Positions 18,500-27,806 of a DNA stretch of 64,000 nt are shown here, piece after piece. Every line of letters begins with the position of its first letter. The stretch's first letter is position 1. This DNA comes from Bacteroidota bacterium. GTDB taxonomy: Bacteria > Bacteroidota > Bacteroidia > Bacteroidales > VadinHA17. The translations under genes and the position numbers were made by a program. The stretch lies in contig JANXXP010000202.1 in the NCBI GenBank assembly GCA_025350595.1, positions 13,393-77,392 of the forward strand. Reading direction: 5' to 3'. A model generated the notes under the pieces. The model was not told the DNA's origin, did no database searches, and saw nothing but the letters and a program-made list of their open reading frames with translations.

Positions 18500-20446
18500 C
18501 TACCTAAATGGAATTACTGAAGGGGGACCGCTATCAAAATTATTTGGTCTGAGAACCTGTTCTCCTGAAATTGTGAGATTATTGATCTTAGAATAGATCG
18601 GAGGATTGGGAAAGAAGCCAAGCCTTATCTGAAAGGTATTAAAAACCAGATTGTCATTCCTTATCCTTATTCCAAGTCCAATACCAGCAAGGTCTATTCC
18701 GTTTCCATGCGCTTCATTTGTTTCAAAAAGCCAGGATAAATCAGTAAATCCGAAAAAAGCAAATCTGAACCCATATATATTGGCAGGACTGAACAAAACA
18801 GATTCAAGACTCACAATTAATCTCTGTTTGCCATATACTGAATCATTTTTAAAGCCCGAAAATCCGTTGTCACTGACGAATCGAAGGGATTCATCTTTAT
18901 TTCTTTCTAACCCACTCGTAAAATCAAAATTAATAAAGTTGCGTATCCTGTTATTTCCAAGAGATACCAGGTTAGAAAAGTATTTCATATTTAAAGAAAA
19001 AATACCTTGCATTGGTAAGTTTCCGTATAGATAAGTTGCCAATCCTGATGAGAAATAGAAATATCCTAGAGTTTTATTTGATTTTCCAAAAGAATATTCC
19101 GTACCCATGTAAGTCCTTTTCATGTATTTATTAAATTCATTGTACTCACTTCCGTAAGTAACTCTTAATAATCCGCCATAAGGAATATCTTCAGTCCTTC
19201 CATAGGAGTAAATCAGATTTGTCTTGTAGTATTTCTGGACTGAATAAGCAAAAGACCCCAGATACATTCTGTAGTTTGCCAGGTTAAAATACGAATCAGG
19301 TTGAATATTAGGGCGGTCGAATACATTGTTTCTTAAATAACGACCTCCAATAATAATCCTTGTAACTGATTCTTTATCAATAAGAAAAGATCTTGATAGC
19401 CAGTAATCATGAGCGTTGTATTTCAGTGGCTCGGGTACAGCCAGTGTTCCAAGATTGGCCAGAGTTTTAATATGCTTAATTGATATTCCTCCGGCGTATT
19501 TTGTACTTGAACTGACCAGTTTTCTACTCAGATCAATTCCATAAGTTTGATTTTCAAGACCGCTTAAATAATATACATTCACGTTAATAAATGACTTAAT
19601 TAAGTTATTAATTGTATAATGAACTCCCATACCCGGTGAGTCTGAAGAGGTAGCATCATAGGGCATCTCAAAACCCAATTCATGTCCTAATCCTATTATA
19701 TTCTTTTCAAAAAGTGATACTGAGCCCTTTTTCAAACCTTTTAATGTGTATGATCCTCCCAGAGAATAAACATCCTTTGTAAGAACCTGAATATCCGCTT
19801 CATTATCTGAAAGCGGAACTATATTAATCCTCGCATCATCAATAAACGGGAGTTGTCTTAAAATCCTTTCGTTATCACTAAGTAGCAATGGTGAAATTGT
19901 ATCACCTTCATGAAAAAGTAAATTATTCCTTATTATCCTTTCATTAGTATTGAGGTGAGTTTTATTAAAAATATAATCTGCTCTGGTGGCCCCGTTAAAT
20001 GACGGGTTGTTAATGTTTGTTCCGAAAACATTTAGTCTTTCTACATTAATATTTCTTATCCTGATTCCTTTGTATTTTACATTATTAGCATCACTTGTCC
20101 CTATAATCTGTTTTTTAACAGTTGTGTCATGAGCAATAATAACAAAATCGTATAACTTTTTTGTAAAACGGTTTTTGGAAGCTTTTACTTTAAGGGAATC
20201 GAAAAAAATAAGGTTTTTATCCTCTTGAAATATTTTAGGAGCTATCAGACCCGACGATAAATTCTTATGCTCAGAGTTTCCGTATATTGAAATACTGTTG
20301 TGGAAATGAATAAAATATACAGGTAAATTTCTTAAAGTGTCCCTTTCAGAGTTTTTTTGAGGATATACGCTACAACAATAAAACAGAAGTACCGTAAATA
20401 ATTTAGGCTTTAACGAACTTATGTATTTTGTTTGTATTGTAAACAT
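18500..20446 (-). CDS. Putative Omp85/BamA-like outer-membrane protein
   Basis: 648 aa with a signal-like N-terminus (LFTVLLFYCCSVYPQ). It has a POTRA-like segment (FIDDARINIVPLSDNEADIQVLTKDVYSLGG) followed by a long Gly/Tyr/Asn/Phe-rich region with an alternating beta-strand pattern. The family assignment is tentative. Confidence 0.45.
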   Translation of the reverse strand: MFTIQTKYISSLKPKLFTVLLFYCCSVYPQKNSERDTLRNLPVYFIHFHNSISIYGNSEHKNLSSGLIAPKIFQEDKNLIFFDSLKVKASKNRFTKKLYDFVIIAHDTTVKKQIIGTSDANNVKYKGIRIRNINVERLNVFGTNINNPSFNGATRADYIFNKTHLNTNERIIRNNLLFHEGDTISPLLLSDNERILRQLPFIDDARINIVPLSDNEADIQVLTKDVYSLGGSYTLKGLKKGSVSLFEKNIIGLGHELGFEMPYDATSSDSPGMGVHYTINNLIKSFINVNVYYLSGLENQTYGIDLSRKLVSSSTKYAGGISIKHIKTLANLGTLAVPEPLKYNAHDYWLSRSFLIDKESVTRIIIGGRYLRNNVFDRPNIQPDSYFNLANYRMYLGSFAYSVQKYYKTNLIYSYGRTEDIPYGGLLRVTYGSEYNEFNKYMKRTYMGTEYSFGKSNKTLGYFYFSSGLATYLYGNLPMQGIFSLNMKYFSNLVSLGNNRIRNFINFDFTSGLERNKDESLRFVSDNGFSGFKNDSVYGKQRLIVSLESVLFSPANIYGFRFAFFGFTDLSWLFETNEAHGNGIDLAGIGLGIRIRNDNLVFNTFQIRLGFFPNPPIYSKINNLTISGEQVLRPNNFDSGPPSVIPFR

Positions 20447-21156
20447 CAGGTTTTCTGAGGATTACTGATAAGGACGTCGTCTGAATTAAACTGAAATCCA
20501 AGTCTTTTACCCGTGATAACCCTTGAATGCTGGATTTTTGCTTCAGCCTGACCAACTGTTGCAATTTTTACAGTATCGTATGGAGGCACCAGTAGATCAA
20601 ATTCAAGGGCATATTGAATAGCAGAGGAAATAATGAGCTGTAATGACTGGCTGCTTATCTCTTCGCTGCCGTAGTTTGTAAACAACATCCCCATTTGTCT
20701 CTTTCCTTCAACGAAATATTGTTTCTCATGGTTAATAAAGATCCTGGCAATCAGATATCCCAGATCATCCAGTCTGGAGTATTTGAATGAGTCGGCGAGA
20801 TAATTGTAAATATTTATAACTCCGGAGTAGGCATTGTATTTATTCTTCTGGATGTATGCAGTTTTCCATGCCGGATGCTCCCTGTCGAACTGAAAGATAT
20901 TGGAATGCATACTGAAGAGTAAAATATCTCCGGCAACCTTAATCTGCGCATCAAAATTACTTCTGTCGGTGTATTCAAGCCGAATTCGGGAATCTGTACC
21001 TACCAGACTTGTATTTACCTCTTTTGATAAACTTTTGAGTACATCCTTAATTGCACAGAATGCTTCAAGAGTGTTATCGAAAACTTTCTGTTTAAGAACC
21101 GATTTCTCCTTTAGAGTAGTTATTATCTGGAGTTTCTTTTCAATCTGATCTGACAT
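20446..21156 (-). CDS. Hypothetical cytoplasmic protein, translationally coupled to the downstream OMP
   Basis: 236 aa. I recognise no signal peptide or motif. Its TGA overlaps the ATG of the next gene by 1 nt (TGATG at 20446). Confidence 0.5.
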   Translation of the reverse strand: MSDQIEKKLQIITTLKEKSVLKQKVFDNTLEAFCAIKDVLKSLSKEVNTSLVGTDSRIRLEYTDRSNFDAQIKVAGDILLFSMHSNIFQFDREHPAWKTAYIQKNKYNAYSGVINIYNYLADSFKYSRLDDLGYLIARIFINHEKQYFVEGKRQMGMLFTNYGSEEISSQSLQLIISSAIQYALEFDLLVPPYDTVKIATVGQAEAKIQHSRVITGKRLGFQFNSDDVLISNPQKT

Positions 21157-21204
21157 GATAAGAGATGTATTAAGATAAGATATTGACTTCTAAAATAATA
21201 AATT

Positions 21205-22680
21205 TTAATAGGATCTGGCAAACAGAACTCTTCTTTTTGAGGGTTTTCCGGAATAGATGCATACTCCATCCTCTTCAGGAGTGTCAAAGGGAATGCATCT
21301 TATTGTAGCTTTTGTCTCATCTTTTATTTTCTCCTCGGTCTCAACTGTCCCATCCCAATGAGCCATAATAAAGCCGCCCTGATTATCAAGTACTTTCACA
21401 AATTCATCCCATTTGTCAACATAAAAAGTATTCTCCTTTCTGAAAATAAGCGCTTTATTGTAAATATTAGCCTGAATATCATCAAGAAGCTTTGGAATAT
21501 GTTCCTTAATAACATCCAGCGATATTGTTTCTTTGGTCAGAGTATCACGTCGTGCAACTTCAATAGTGTTATTTTCAATATCTCTCGGTCCTATTGCAAG
21601 CCTTACTGGTACGCCTTTCAACTCGTATTCTGCAAATTTCCAGCCGGGTTTATTGGTATCCCTATCGTCGTACTTTACAGATACACCTAATGCTTCCAAT
21701 TCTGATTTGATTTTTTTTGCAGTCTGAGAAATGGTTACAAGTTGCTCATCATTTTTGTAGATTGGAATTATTACAACCTGAATTGGCGCCAGCTTAGGAG
21801 GAAGTACCAGTCCATTGTTATCTGCATGAGCCATAATTATTGCTCCCATAAGCCTTGTAGATGTGCCCCACGATGTTGCCCATACATATTCAAGCTTGCC
21901 TGTTTTGTCGGTAAACTGAACGTCAAATGCTTTAGCAAAGTTTTGTCCGAGGAAATGGCTTGTTCCGGCTTGTAGTGCTTTGCCATCCTGCATAAGAGCT
22001 TCTATGGCATAAGTGTCTAAAGCTCCTGCAAAACGCTCATTTTCACTTTTAGACCCTATAATAACAGGAACAGCCATTGAGTTTTCTGCAAAACCTGCAT
22101 AAACATTTATCATCCTTTCAGCTTCTTCAACTGCTTCTTCACGGGTAGCATGAGCAGTATGACCTTCCTGCCATAGAAATTCAGTTGTCCTTAAGAATAA
22201 CCTGGTGCGCATTTCCCATCGTACTACATTTGCCCACTGGTTTATCAGAATTGGCAGATCTCTGTACGATTTAATCCAGTTCTTGTATGAATGCCAGATA
22301 ATGGTTTCTGAAGTAGGACGTATAATTAGTTCCTCTTCCAATTTAGCTGTCGGATCAACAACAATACCTTTTCCATTCTCGTCTTTTTTAAGACGGTAAT
22401 GTGTAACGACAGCACATTCTTTGGCAAAACCCTCAACATGTGCAGCCTCTTTACTGAAGAAAGATTTTGGTATGAATAAGGGAAAATATGCATTTACATG
22501 TCCAGTAGCTTTGAATAGTCTATCGAGTTCAGCCTGTATTTTTTCCCAGATAGCATAACCATAAGGTTTAATCACCATACATCCTCTCACTGCTGAGTTT
22601 TCAGCCAGATCAGCCTTGATTACCAGATCGTTATACCACTGTGAGTAATTCTCATCCTTGTTAGTTAAAAACTTCGCCAT
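21205..22680 (-). CDS. proS: Prolyl-tRNA synthetase (archaeal/eukaryote-like class II form)
   Basis: 491 aa. [14 protein letters not shown]...[11 protein letters not shown]...FRDE-like class II motifs, and the C-terminus ...VLFARSY typical of this ProRS type. Confidence 0.9.
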   Translation of the reverse strand: MAKFLTNKDENYSQWYNDLVIKADLAENSAVRGCMVIKPYGYAIWEKIQAELDRLFKATGHVNAYFPLFIPKSFFSKEAAHVEGFAKECAVVTHYRLKKDENGKGIVVDPTAKLEEELIIRPTSETIIWHSYKNWIKSYRDLPILINQWANVVRWEMRTRLFLRTTEFLWQEGHTAHATREEAVEEAERMINVYAGFAENSMAVPVIIGSKSENERFAGALDTYAIEALMQDGKALQAGTSHFLGQNFAKAFDVQFTDKTGKLEYVWATSWGTSTRLMGAIIMAHADNNGLVLPPKLAPIQVVIIPIYKNDEQLVTISQTAKKIKSELEALGVSVKYDDRDTNKPGWKFAEYELKGVPVRLAIGPRDIENNTIEVARRDTLTKETISLDVIKEHIPKLLDDIQANIYNKALIFRKENTFYVDKWDEFVKVLDNQGGFIMAHWDGTVETEEKIKDETKATIRCIPFDTPEEDGVCIYSGKPSKRRVLFARSY

Positions 22681-22782
22681 TTTTTTTGGTATGGTATTTG
22701 TTTAATTAATTTTTAAGAAATAGATTGCGTAAAAATAAATAAAAAGTTCAGTAATTATTCAAAAAAGAAAGAGAGGTTCATC

Positions 22783-23778
22783 ATGAGAGCAAATTACTAC
22801 ATCGGAATTCTATCAGTACTTATGCTTGCAGGTTCTACCGTAAATGCTCAGACAGCTGATATGAGAGGATACAGAAATGATGATGCCAGAATAGTAAATA
22901 ATTATTATTACAATGATTATGATTATTTCTATACTTCACGCATAAACAGATTTCACAGGTCGTATTCAACATTTAATTATTATGCCCCTCTTTTTACTGA
23001 TTCGTACTGGTACAATTACAGACCTTTTTCATGGGGATTAAGCATATATGGAGGTGGTGGTTCAGGCTTAGGATTTTCATATAACTATCCGGTTTACAAC
23101 TATGATTATGGTTATTACGGCGGATATGATCCTTATTTCAATAATTCATTTTATTATGGATACAGCCCTTTTTATTACAACAACTGGTACTCACCTTTGA
23201 TAATAAATATTGGAAACGGAAACAGGTGGCACAATAATTATTATGGAAGGGGTGGATATAATCGTAGTTATTATGACTACGGACATGGTTTCAAAAATTA
23301 TAATAACAATTACAGTAATTCTTCAGAAAGATATTCATCCAGAAGCTATCCGTCACCTGGAAGATCAAATAGCGTTACCGAATCATCTTCCCGCAACATA
23401 TCGAGAAGGGATGGCTCTTCAAATTTCTCTTCACGAAATGAAGTTTCCCGCAATAATTCATCAGATTATATGAACAGAAACATTAATCAGGGTAAAAACA
23501 GGAGAAACACAGATCAGAATGTCAACAGAAGTCAGCGTAGTCTTGATTCAAGGAATGCTGAAAGCAGAGTGAATAACAGTGCTCAAACCGGAAGAGCTGA
23601 ACAGTCGTCAGCATCCGTCAGCAGAAGGTCATCAGTATCTTCAGGTTCTGTTCAATCAAGGTCATATAGTGCTCCTGCCCGAAGCTCTTCATCACGGAGT
23701 GAATCAAAATCATCATCTTCACGCTCATCTACCTCACGTTCTTCCTCTTCAAACGGCAAATCATCAGGGCGAAGATGA
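22783..23778 (+). CDS. Exported low-complexity protein: Tyr/Asn/Gly/Phe-rich block plus Ser/Arg/Asn-rich tail
   Basis: 331 aa with signal peptide ILSVLMLAGSTVNAQ. Tracts include NNYYYNDYDYFY and YNYPVYNYDYGYYGGYDPYFNNSFYYGYSPFYYNNWY. The tail reads ...SRSYSAPARSSSSRSESKSSSSRSSTSRSSSSNGKSSGRR*. A purine-rich GAGAGG lies upstream of the ATG and a terminator hairpin downstream. The single long open frame in low-complexity DNA, with a signal peptide, supports a real gene. Confidence 0.7.
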   Translation: MRANYYIGILSVLMLAGSTVNAQTADMRGYRNDDARIVNNYYYNDYDYFYTSRINRFHRSYSTFNYYAPLFTDSYWYNYRPFSWGLSIYGGGGSGLGFSYNYPVYNYDYGYYGGYDPYFNNSFYYGYSPFYYNNWYSPLIINIGNGNRWHNNYYGRGGYNRSYYDYGHGFKNYNNNYSNSSERYSSRSYPSPGRSNSVTESSSRNISRRDGSSNFSSRNEVSRNNSSDYMNRNINQGKNRRNTDQNVNRSQRSLDSRNAESRVNNSAQTGRAEQSSASVSRRSSVSSGSVQSRSYSAPARSSSSRSESKSSSSRSSTSRSSSSNGKSSGRR

Positions 23779-23780
23779 TA

Positions 23781-23804
23781 AAGGGCCTCTTATGAGGCTT
23801 TTTT
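23781..23804 (+). terminator. Intrinsic terminator after the first low-complexity gene
   Basis: GGGCCTC-TTAT-GAGGCTT followed by TTTTAT, starting 3 nt after the stop. Confidence 0.55.
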
Positions 23805-23920
23805 ATTTCTGTTAACCATTAAAAGATGTTAAAATTACAGAATAAAAAAAAGTAAGTTGATAAATTTGTTTCTTTGGTATAATATTTGCAAGTGAATAGT
23901 AAACATAGGAGGACATAAAA

Positions 23921-25495
23921 ATGAAATCATTATCGTACATATCAATCCTGGTACTTCTGGCCCTCAGCTCCTGTACATCAAGTCTTTATACAGGGGCTGA
24001 ATATGATGACCTCTACTATTTATCTTCAGATAAACCGGTTGTTTCGGCAAAAACATCTGTTAATCAGCAGATTGCATCGAATCCGGCGAAGGCAGGTGAA
24101 TATTATGATAATATTTATTCAGCAGACACACTAATTTCCAGTCAGCTTCCCGACAGTGTTGATTATAGCGACATTATTGATACTGATAATATAGCCAATA
24201 ATAACGGAAGTGGTTATGAGTATGCAGATAACTACTCATACACAGGTCGTTTAAGAAGATTTTATGGTAATTATTTTGACCCTTACTGGAGAGATCCTTT
24301 ATATTCTGATTTTGGTTACAATTCATTTGGATATGGTTATAACAACCTCGGTTATGGCGGATATCCTTATTATGACGGATTTTACAGTCCATACAGTTAT
24401 GGATATGGCATGGGTGGGTACTATGGTATGGGTTATGGAATGGGTTATGGAATGGGTTACGGAATGGGTTATGGTATGGGTGGTTACTATGGTGGCTTTG
24501 GAGGCTATTATGGTGGTTTTGGTTACTCTCCATTCTACGGTTATGGCTATGGAGGCGGATTTGGTGGTGAAGGTCTTCACTCTATAGCTTATGGAAGAAG
24601 AGAAAGGGCCAGCACACTTTCCTCTAACTGGAACAGAAATATTTCTCCTTCTCCATCCGCATCTGCCAGAAGAGATTCTTATTCATCATCTGGTGTAAAT
24701 TCAGGCCTTAACAGAAGAGCAGCTTCAGGCACTCTGCCGGTAGCTTCTGATCAGAGGAGAACTGTTGCTTCAACTGCCAATGGAAGACAGGCGCAAAACA
24801 CCACGTTAAATAAAAATACTCAGGATCCTGGTAAGAATGCAAATGTTCGTAGCAACACATCTACAGTGAGAACTGCTCCAAATGCAAGACCTCAATATAA
24901 CGAGGCTAACAGAAGTTACACTCCAAGCTATAATAGTCCACGGATGAGTACCAGACCTGTTTACAATAACAGCAGATCGTCCGAGGTAGTTAATCCAAAC
25001 ATGAGCAGGAACAGTAATGCTGTTAATAACAACAGGTCATCAGAGACAGTTAATCCTGGTTACAACAGGAACAGCAGTAATGTAAATAACAACAGGGTAA
25101 ATAGTAATCAGGGTTCTGTAAGGACACCTTCTAATCAGGGATATTATCAGAATTCCTCCAATAATCAGAATTATTCTAATACTCAAAGAAGTAATTCTTC
25201 AGCCAGTCCTTCTCCCAGAAGATCTGAATCATATTTTAATAATCAGAGTAATTCGTCCAGAAGTTCTGGAAGCTATTCAGTTCCAAGCAGAAGCAGCGTT
25301 GAAAGAAGCTCCTCAAATTCTTCCGGTTCTGGTTATACCAATTCATCTTCCGGCAGCAGCAGATCTTCTTCATCTTATAGCGGCGGATCAACAGGCGGCG
25401 GATCGTATTCTTCAGGATCTTCATCAGGTTCCTCTTCCAGTGGTTCTTCATCAAGTTCTTCTGGTTCTTCATCCGGCGGATCAGGAAGGAGATAA
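23921..25495 (+). CDS. Low-complexity lipoprotein: Gly/Tyr/Met/Phe block plus long Ser/Asn/Arg/Pro tail
   Basis: 524 aa with lipobox LLALSSC and AGGAGG 9 nt upstream of the ATG. The block reads GYGMGGYYGMGYGMGYGMGYGMGYGMGGYYGGFGGYYGGFGY. The tail carries 20-aa N/S/R repeats and ends ...SSSGSSSGGSGRR*. Confidence 0.7.
   Translation: MKSLSYISILVLLALSSCTSSLYTGAEYDDLYYLSSDKPVVSAKTSVNQQIASNPAKAGEYYDNIYSADTLISSQLPDSVDYSDIIDTDNIANNNGSGYEYADNYSYTGRLRRFYGNYFDPYWRDPLYSDFGYNSFGYGYNNLGYGGYPYYDGFYSPYSYGYGMGGYYGMGYGMGYGMGYGMGYGMGGYYGGFGGYYGGFGYSPFYGYGYGGGFGGEGLHSIAYGRRERASTLSSNWNRNISPSPSASARRDSYSSSGVNSGLNRRAASGTLPVASDQRRTVASTANGRQAQNTTLNKNTQDPGKNANVRSNTSTVRTAPNARPQYNEANRSYTPSYNSPRMSTRPVYNNSRSSEVVNPNMSRNSNAVNNNRSSETVNPGYNRNSSNVNNNRVNSNQGSVRTPSNQGYYQNSSNNQNYSNTQRSNSSASPSPRRSESYFNNQSNSSRSSGSYSVPSRSSVERSSSNSSGSGYTNSSSGSSRSSSSYSGGSTGGGSYSSGSSSGSSSSGSSSSSSGSSSGGSGRR
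24431..24478 (+). repeat. 12-bp tandem repeat x4 (GGTTATGGAATG, encodes GYGM) inside a wider Gly/Tyr tract (about 24398..24570)
   Basis: The units are ggttatggaatg, ggttatggaatg, ggttacggaatg and ggttatggtatg, read directly and in frame. Confidence 0.9.
24961..25140 (+). repeat. 60-bp tandem repeat (2 clear units plus 1 degenerate), encoding a 20-aa N/S/R unit
   Basis: Units ttacaataacagcagatcgtccgaggtagttaatccaaacatgagcaggaacagtaatgc and tgttaataacaacaggtcatcagagacagttaatcctggttacaacaggaacagcagtaa, then a diverged third. The protein reads NNSRSSEVVNPNMSRNSNAV / NNNRSSETVNPGYNRNSSNV / NNNRVNSNQGSV... Confidence 0.8.
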
Positions 25496-25667
25496 TTTTA
25501 AACAATAAAATTCTTATAATAAAGTTCATTCTAAATAAAAGAGTGCAGGGATAGTCTTACTAAAAAAAAATGTCATGAACCGAGCATGTTTAACTAAAAA
25601 TACAAACTTGCATGAACAAAATCAACATGCGAGCTCAATCCGATCTACTAAAAATATTATTATACGG

Positions 25668-27152
25668 ATGAAAAGAATTACATTAATAGTAATAGCATCA
25701 TTTTCAATCCTTTCCGGAGTTATAGCCCAGAACGTTGACGATGCTTTGAGGTATTCTCAGATATTCTATGGTGGTACAGCCCGATTTATGTCGATGGGTG
25801 GAGCATTCACTGCTCTTGGAGGAGATATTTCATCACTGAGCCAAAACCCGGCCGGACTTGGAGTTTTCAGGTCATCGGAAATAACACTTACTCCGCAGTT
25901 ATTTCACGTTAATACAGCGGCTTCATTTAATGGGGTTAACTCAGATTTTCTTTACAATTTTAACCTGAACCAGATTGGAATAGTAAGCAATATTGTTAAA
26001 AACGATAATGAAACCGGACTTATTACACTTAATGTCGGGTATTCTTTCAATAAAACAAATAATCTGAATCAAAGTATCATAATTCAGGGAACCGGCACAA
26101 GCTCAATGGCAGATTACTGGGCGGCGCAAAGCAATGGGATATTAAAAGACAACCTTACCGATGCACAGGGTATGGCGTATGATGCCTGGATAATTGATCC
26201 TACATCCGGGTCAGGCGGACTCACATATGGCACAGTATATTCAAATTATGGCGACAACCCACCTTCAGTATATGGGCAGAACGTGCGACGCATTATTACA
26301 ACTGAAGGTTATACAGGGGAACATGCAATATCTATAGGTGGGAACTATTCAAACAAGATTTTTTTCGGAGCTACTCTTGGTATAGATAAAATCAATTATA
26401 CAAATCATTTCGAACATCTCGAATCGACCGATGCGGTTCTTCTTTCTGAATTTAAAAATTTTACCTACACCGAAAATTATGAAAATAAGGGAACCGGCTA
26501 TACTTTTAAAATGGGTGTAATACTGAAGCCTATTGAATCTTTGCGTATTGGTCTTGCATTCCACTCACCAACATATTACCATATTGATGAAACATTTTAC
26601 GAGAACTTAAACTCAAATTTCACCAATGGCGGTCATCATGAATATTCAATTGACCCGGCAAGATATAATTACGCACTTATGACACCTTTCAGAGCATTGG
26701 CTGGAGTTGCGGTTCAGATTCAGAAGTTTGCGCTGCTGAGCGCTGATTACGAATTTGTCGATTATGGCACAGCAAAATTCAGCCAGACAGGTGATAATTA
26801 TGATTATAGTGCGAAAAATCTGAACATTAAAAATAGTCTTCAGTCAACCGGCAATATTCGTCTGGGCGGAGAATTCAGAATAAACAAATTATACCTTAGA
26901 ACTGGTTATGGTTATTACGGAAAAGCTTTCAAACCGGGTGAAGACAATGCGAATATGAATTATAATTCTATTTCGTTCGGTGCAGGCTTCAGAGAGCAAG
27001 CTTTGTCACTCGACTTCGGTTTCACCACATATAAGTCATCGCAGTTAAGTTATTTGTATCCTTTGCCTGATGGTATGGACCCCGCTGTTGCTAATTTAAG
27101 CACTGTAAAAAACATGTTTACACTTACTTTAGGCTATAAGTTCGGGTACTAG
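25668..27152 (+). CDS. FadL/PorV-like outer-membrane beta-barrel protein
   Basis: Signal peptide MKRITLIVIASFSILSGVIAQ. The N-terminal plug-like motif is DALRYSQIFYGGTARFMSMGGAFTALGGDISSLSQNPAGLG. Alternating beta-strand sequence runs throughout, and the C-terminal beta-signal is FTLTLGYKFGY. I start at the ATG at 25668 rather than the track's 25575, because the extension lacks a signal peptide. Confidence 0.6.
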   Translation: MKRITLIVIASFSILSGVIAQNVDDALRYSQIFYGGTARFMSMGGAFTALGGDISSLSQNPAGLGVFRSSEITLTPQLFHVNTAASFNGVNSDFLYNFNLNQIGIVSNIVKNDNETGLITLNVGYSFNKTNNLNQSIIIQGTGTSSMADYWAAQSNGILKDNLTDAQGMAYDAWIIDPTSGSGGLTYGTVYSNYGDNPPSVYGQNVRRIITTEGYTGEHAISIGGNYSNKIFFGATLGIDKINYTNHFEHLESTDAVLLSEFKNFTYTENYENKGTGYTFKMGVILKPIESLRIGLAFHSPTYYHIDETFYENLNSNFTNGGHHEYSIDPARYNYALMTPFRALAGVAVQIQKFALLSADYEFVDYGTAKFSQTGDNYDYSAKNLNIKNSLQSTGNIRLGGEFRINKLYLRTGYGYYGKAFKPGEDNANMNYNSISFGAGFREQALSLDFGFTTYKSSQLSYLYPLPDGMDPAVANLSTVKNMFTLTLGYKFGY

Positions 27153-27189
27153 AAGTGCAGAGCACATGGCATTGGACAAAAACTTTTGC

Positions 27190-27795
27190 CTAAAGGAAAT
27201 GACCTGCCTCAGGTCCCAGATTGAAAAGGAGATCAACAATACTGAGGCTTGGAACAAAACCATTACCAGGACTAAAGACCTGGTAATATTTTTTATGGAT
27301 AAAATGAGACTTAACCTTTGGTGAGATTGTATAGCGGAAATCATTTTCTTCATTTCCAACAGGTTCAAAATCAGAAGTAGAAGATATTGGTGTTTTGATT
27401 TTTAACATTTTTAGAATGGACTCGGTTAGCTCCATGTTCAGATCAAAAAGAAATTCGTGATTTTTTGAAATTATCTTTTCAATATTCTCAAAATAGAATT
27501 CAAAATATGGTGATGCATTGTACGATGCAGTCATTGCCCTAAGATGAACCTGTTGCCATCGTTTGGAATAATCTATTCGGATATCATTAATTGATGTCTT
27601 GTGCAGACTGCCTAGATAGACTGGCACGGACAATGATTGAGGTCCATGCGCTGAAAGAATATAGCACCGGTTCCTGTAAGTCTGTTTCACATAATTTTCC
27701 TGCTTCTCAATGCAAACTTCATCTGCACGAGAAATAACATAATAATATTCAATTGGTGGTAAGTATGCTGTGGAAACAAGAATTTTCCCTGTCAT
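27190..27795 (-). CDS. WbqC-family protein
   Basis: LPPIEYYYVISRADEVCIEKQENYVKQTYRNRCYILSAHGPQSLSVPV matches the WbqC-like signature (..P..eY......e.y.KQtyrNRc.i...nG...LsvP). The start is either ATG 27795 or GTG 27810; the GTG overlaps the larB stop. Confidence 0.7.
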   Translation of the reverse strand: MTGKILVSTAYLPPIEYYYVISRADEVCIEKQENYVKQTYRNRCYILSAHGPQSLSVPVYLGSLHKTSINDIRIDYSKRWQQVHLRAMTASYNASPYFEFYFENIEKIISKNHEFLFDLNMELTESILKMLKIKTPISSTSDFEPVGNEENDFRYTISPKVKSHFIHKKYYQVFSPGNGFVPSLSIVDLLFNLGPEAGHFL

Positions 27796-27806
27796 TGCAA
27801 AAAGTG

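Noticed and set aside
24174-24587. Three long overlapping track ORFs (107, 119 and 85 aa) in other frames or strands of the Gly/Tyr repeat, and similar ones at 23210..23815 and 25236..25529
   Set aside because: They are artefacts of codon-periodic low-complexity DNA, which lacks stops in several frames. Only the frames with a signal peptide or lipobox and a proper start context were accepted.
25575-25667. 31-codon N-terminal extension of the OM barrel ORF
   Set aside because: The extension (MNRACLTKNTNLHEQNQHASS...) precedes a canonical signal peptide that starts at the Met at 25668. An exported OMP needs the signal peptide at the N-terminus.
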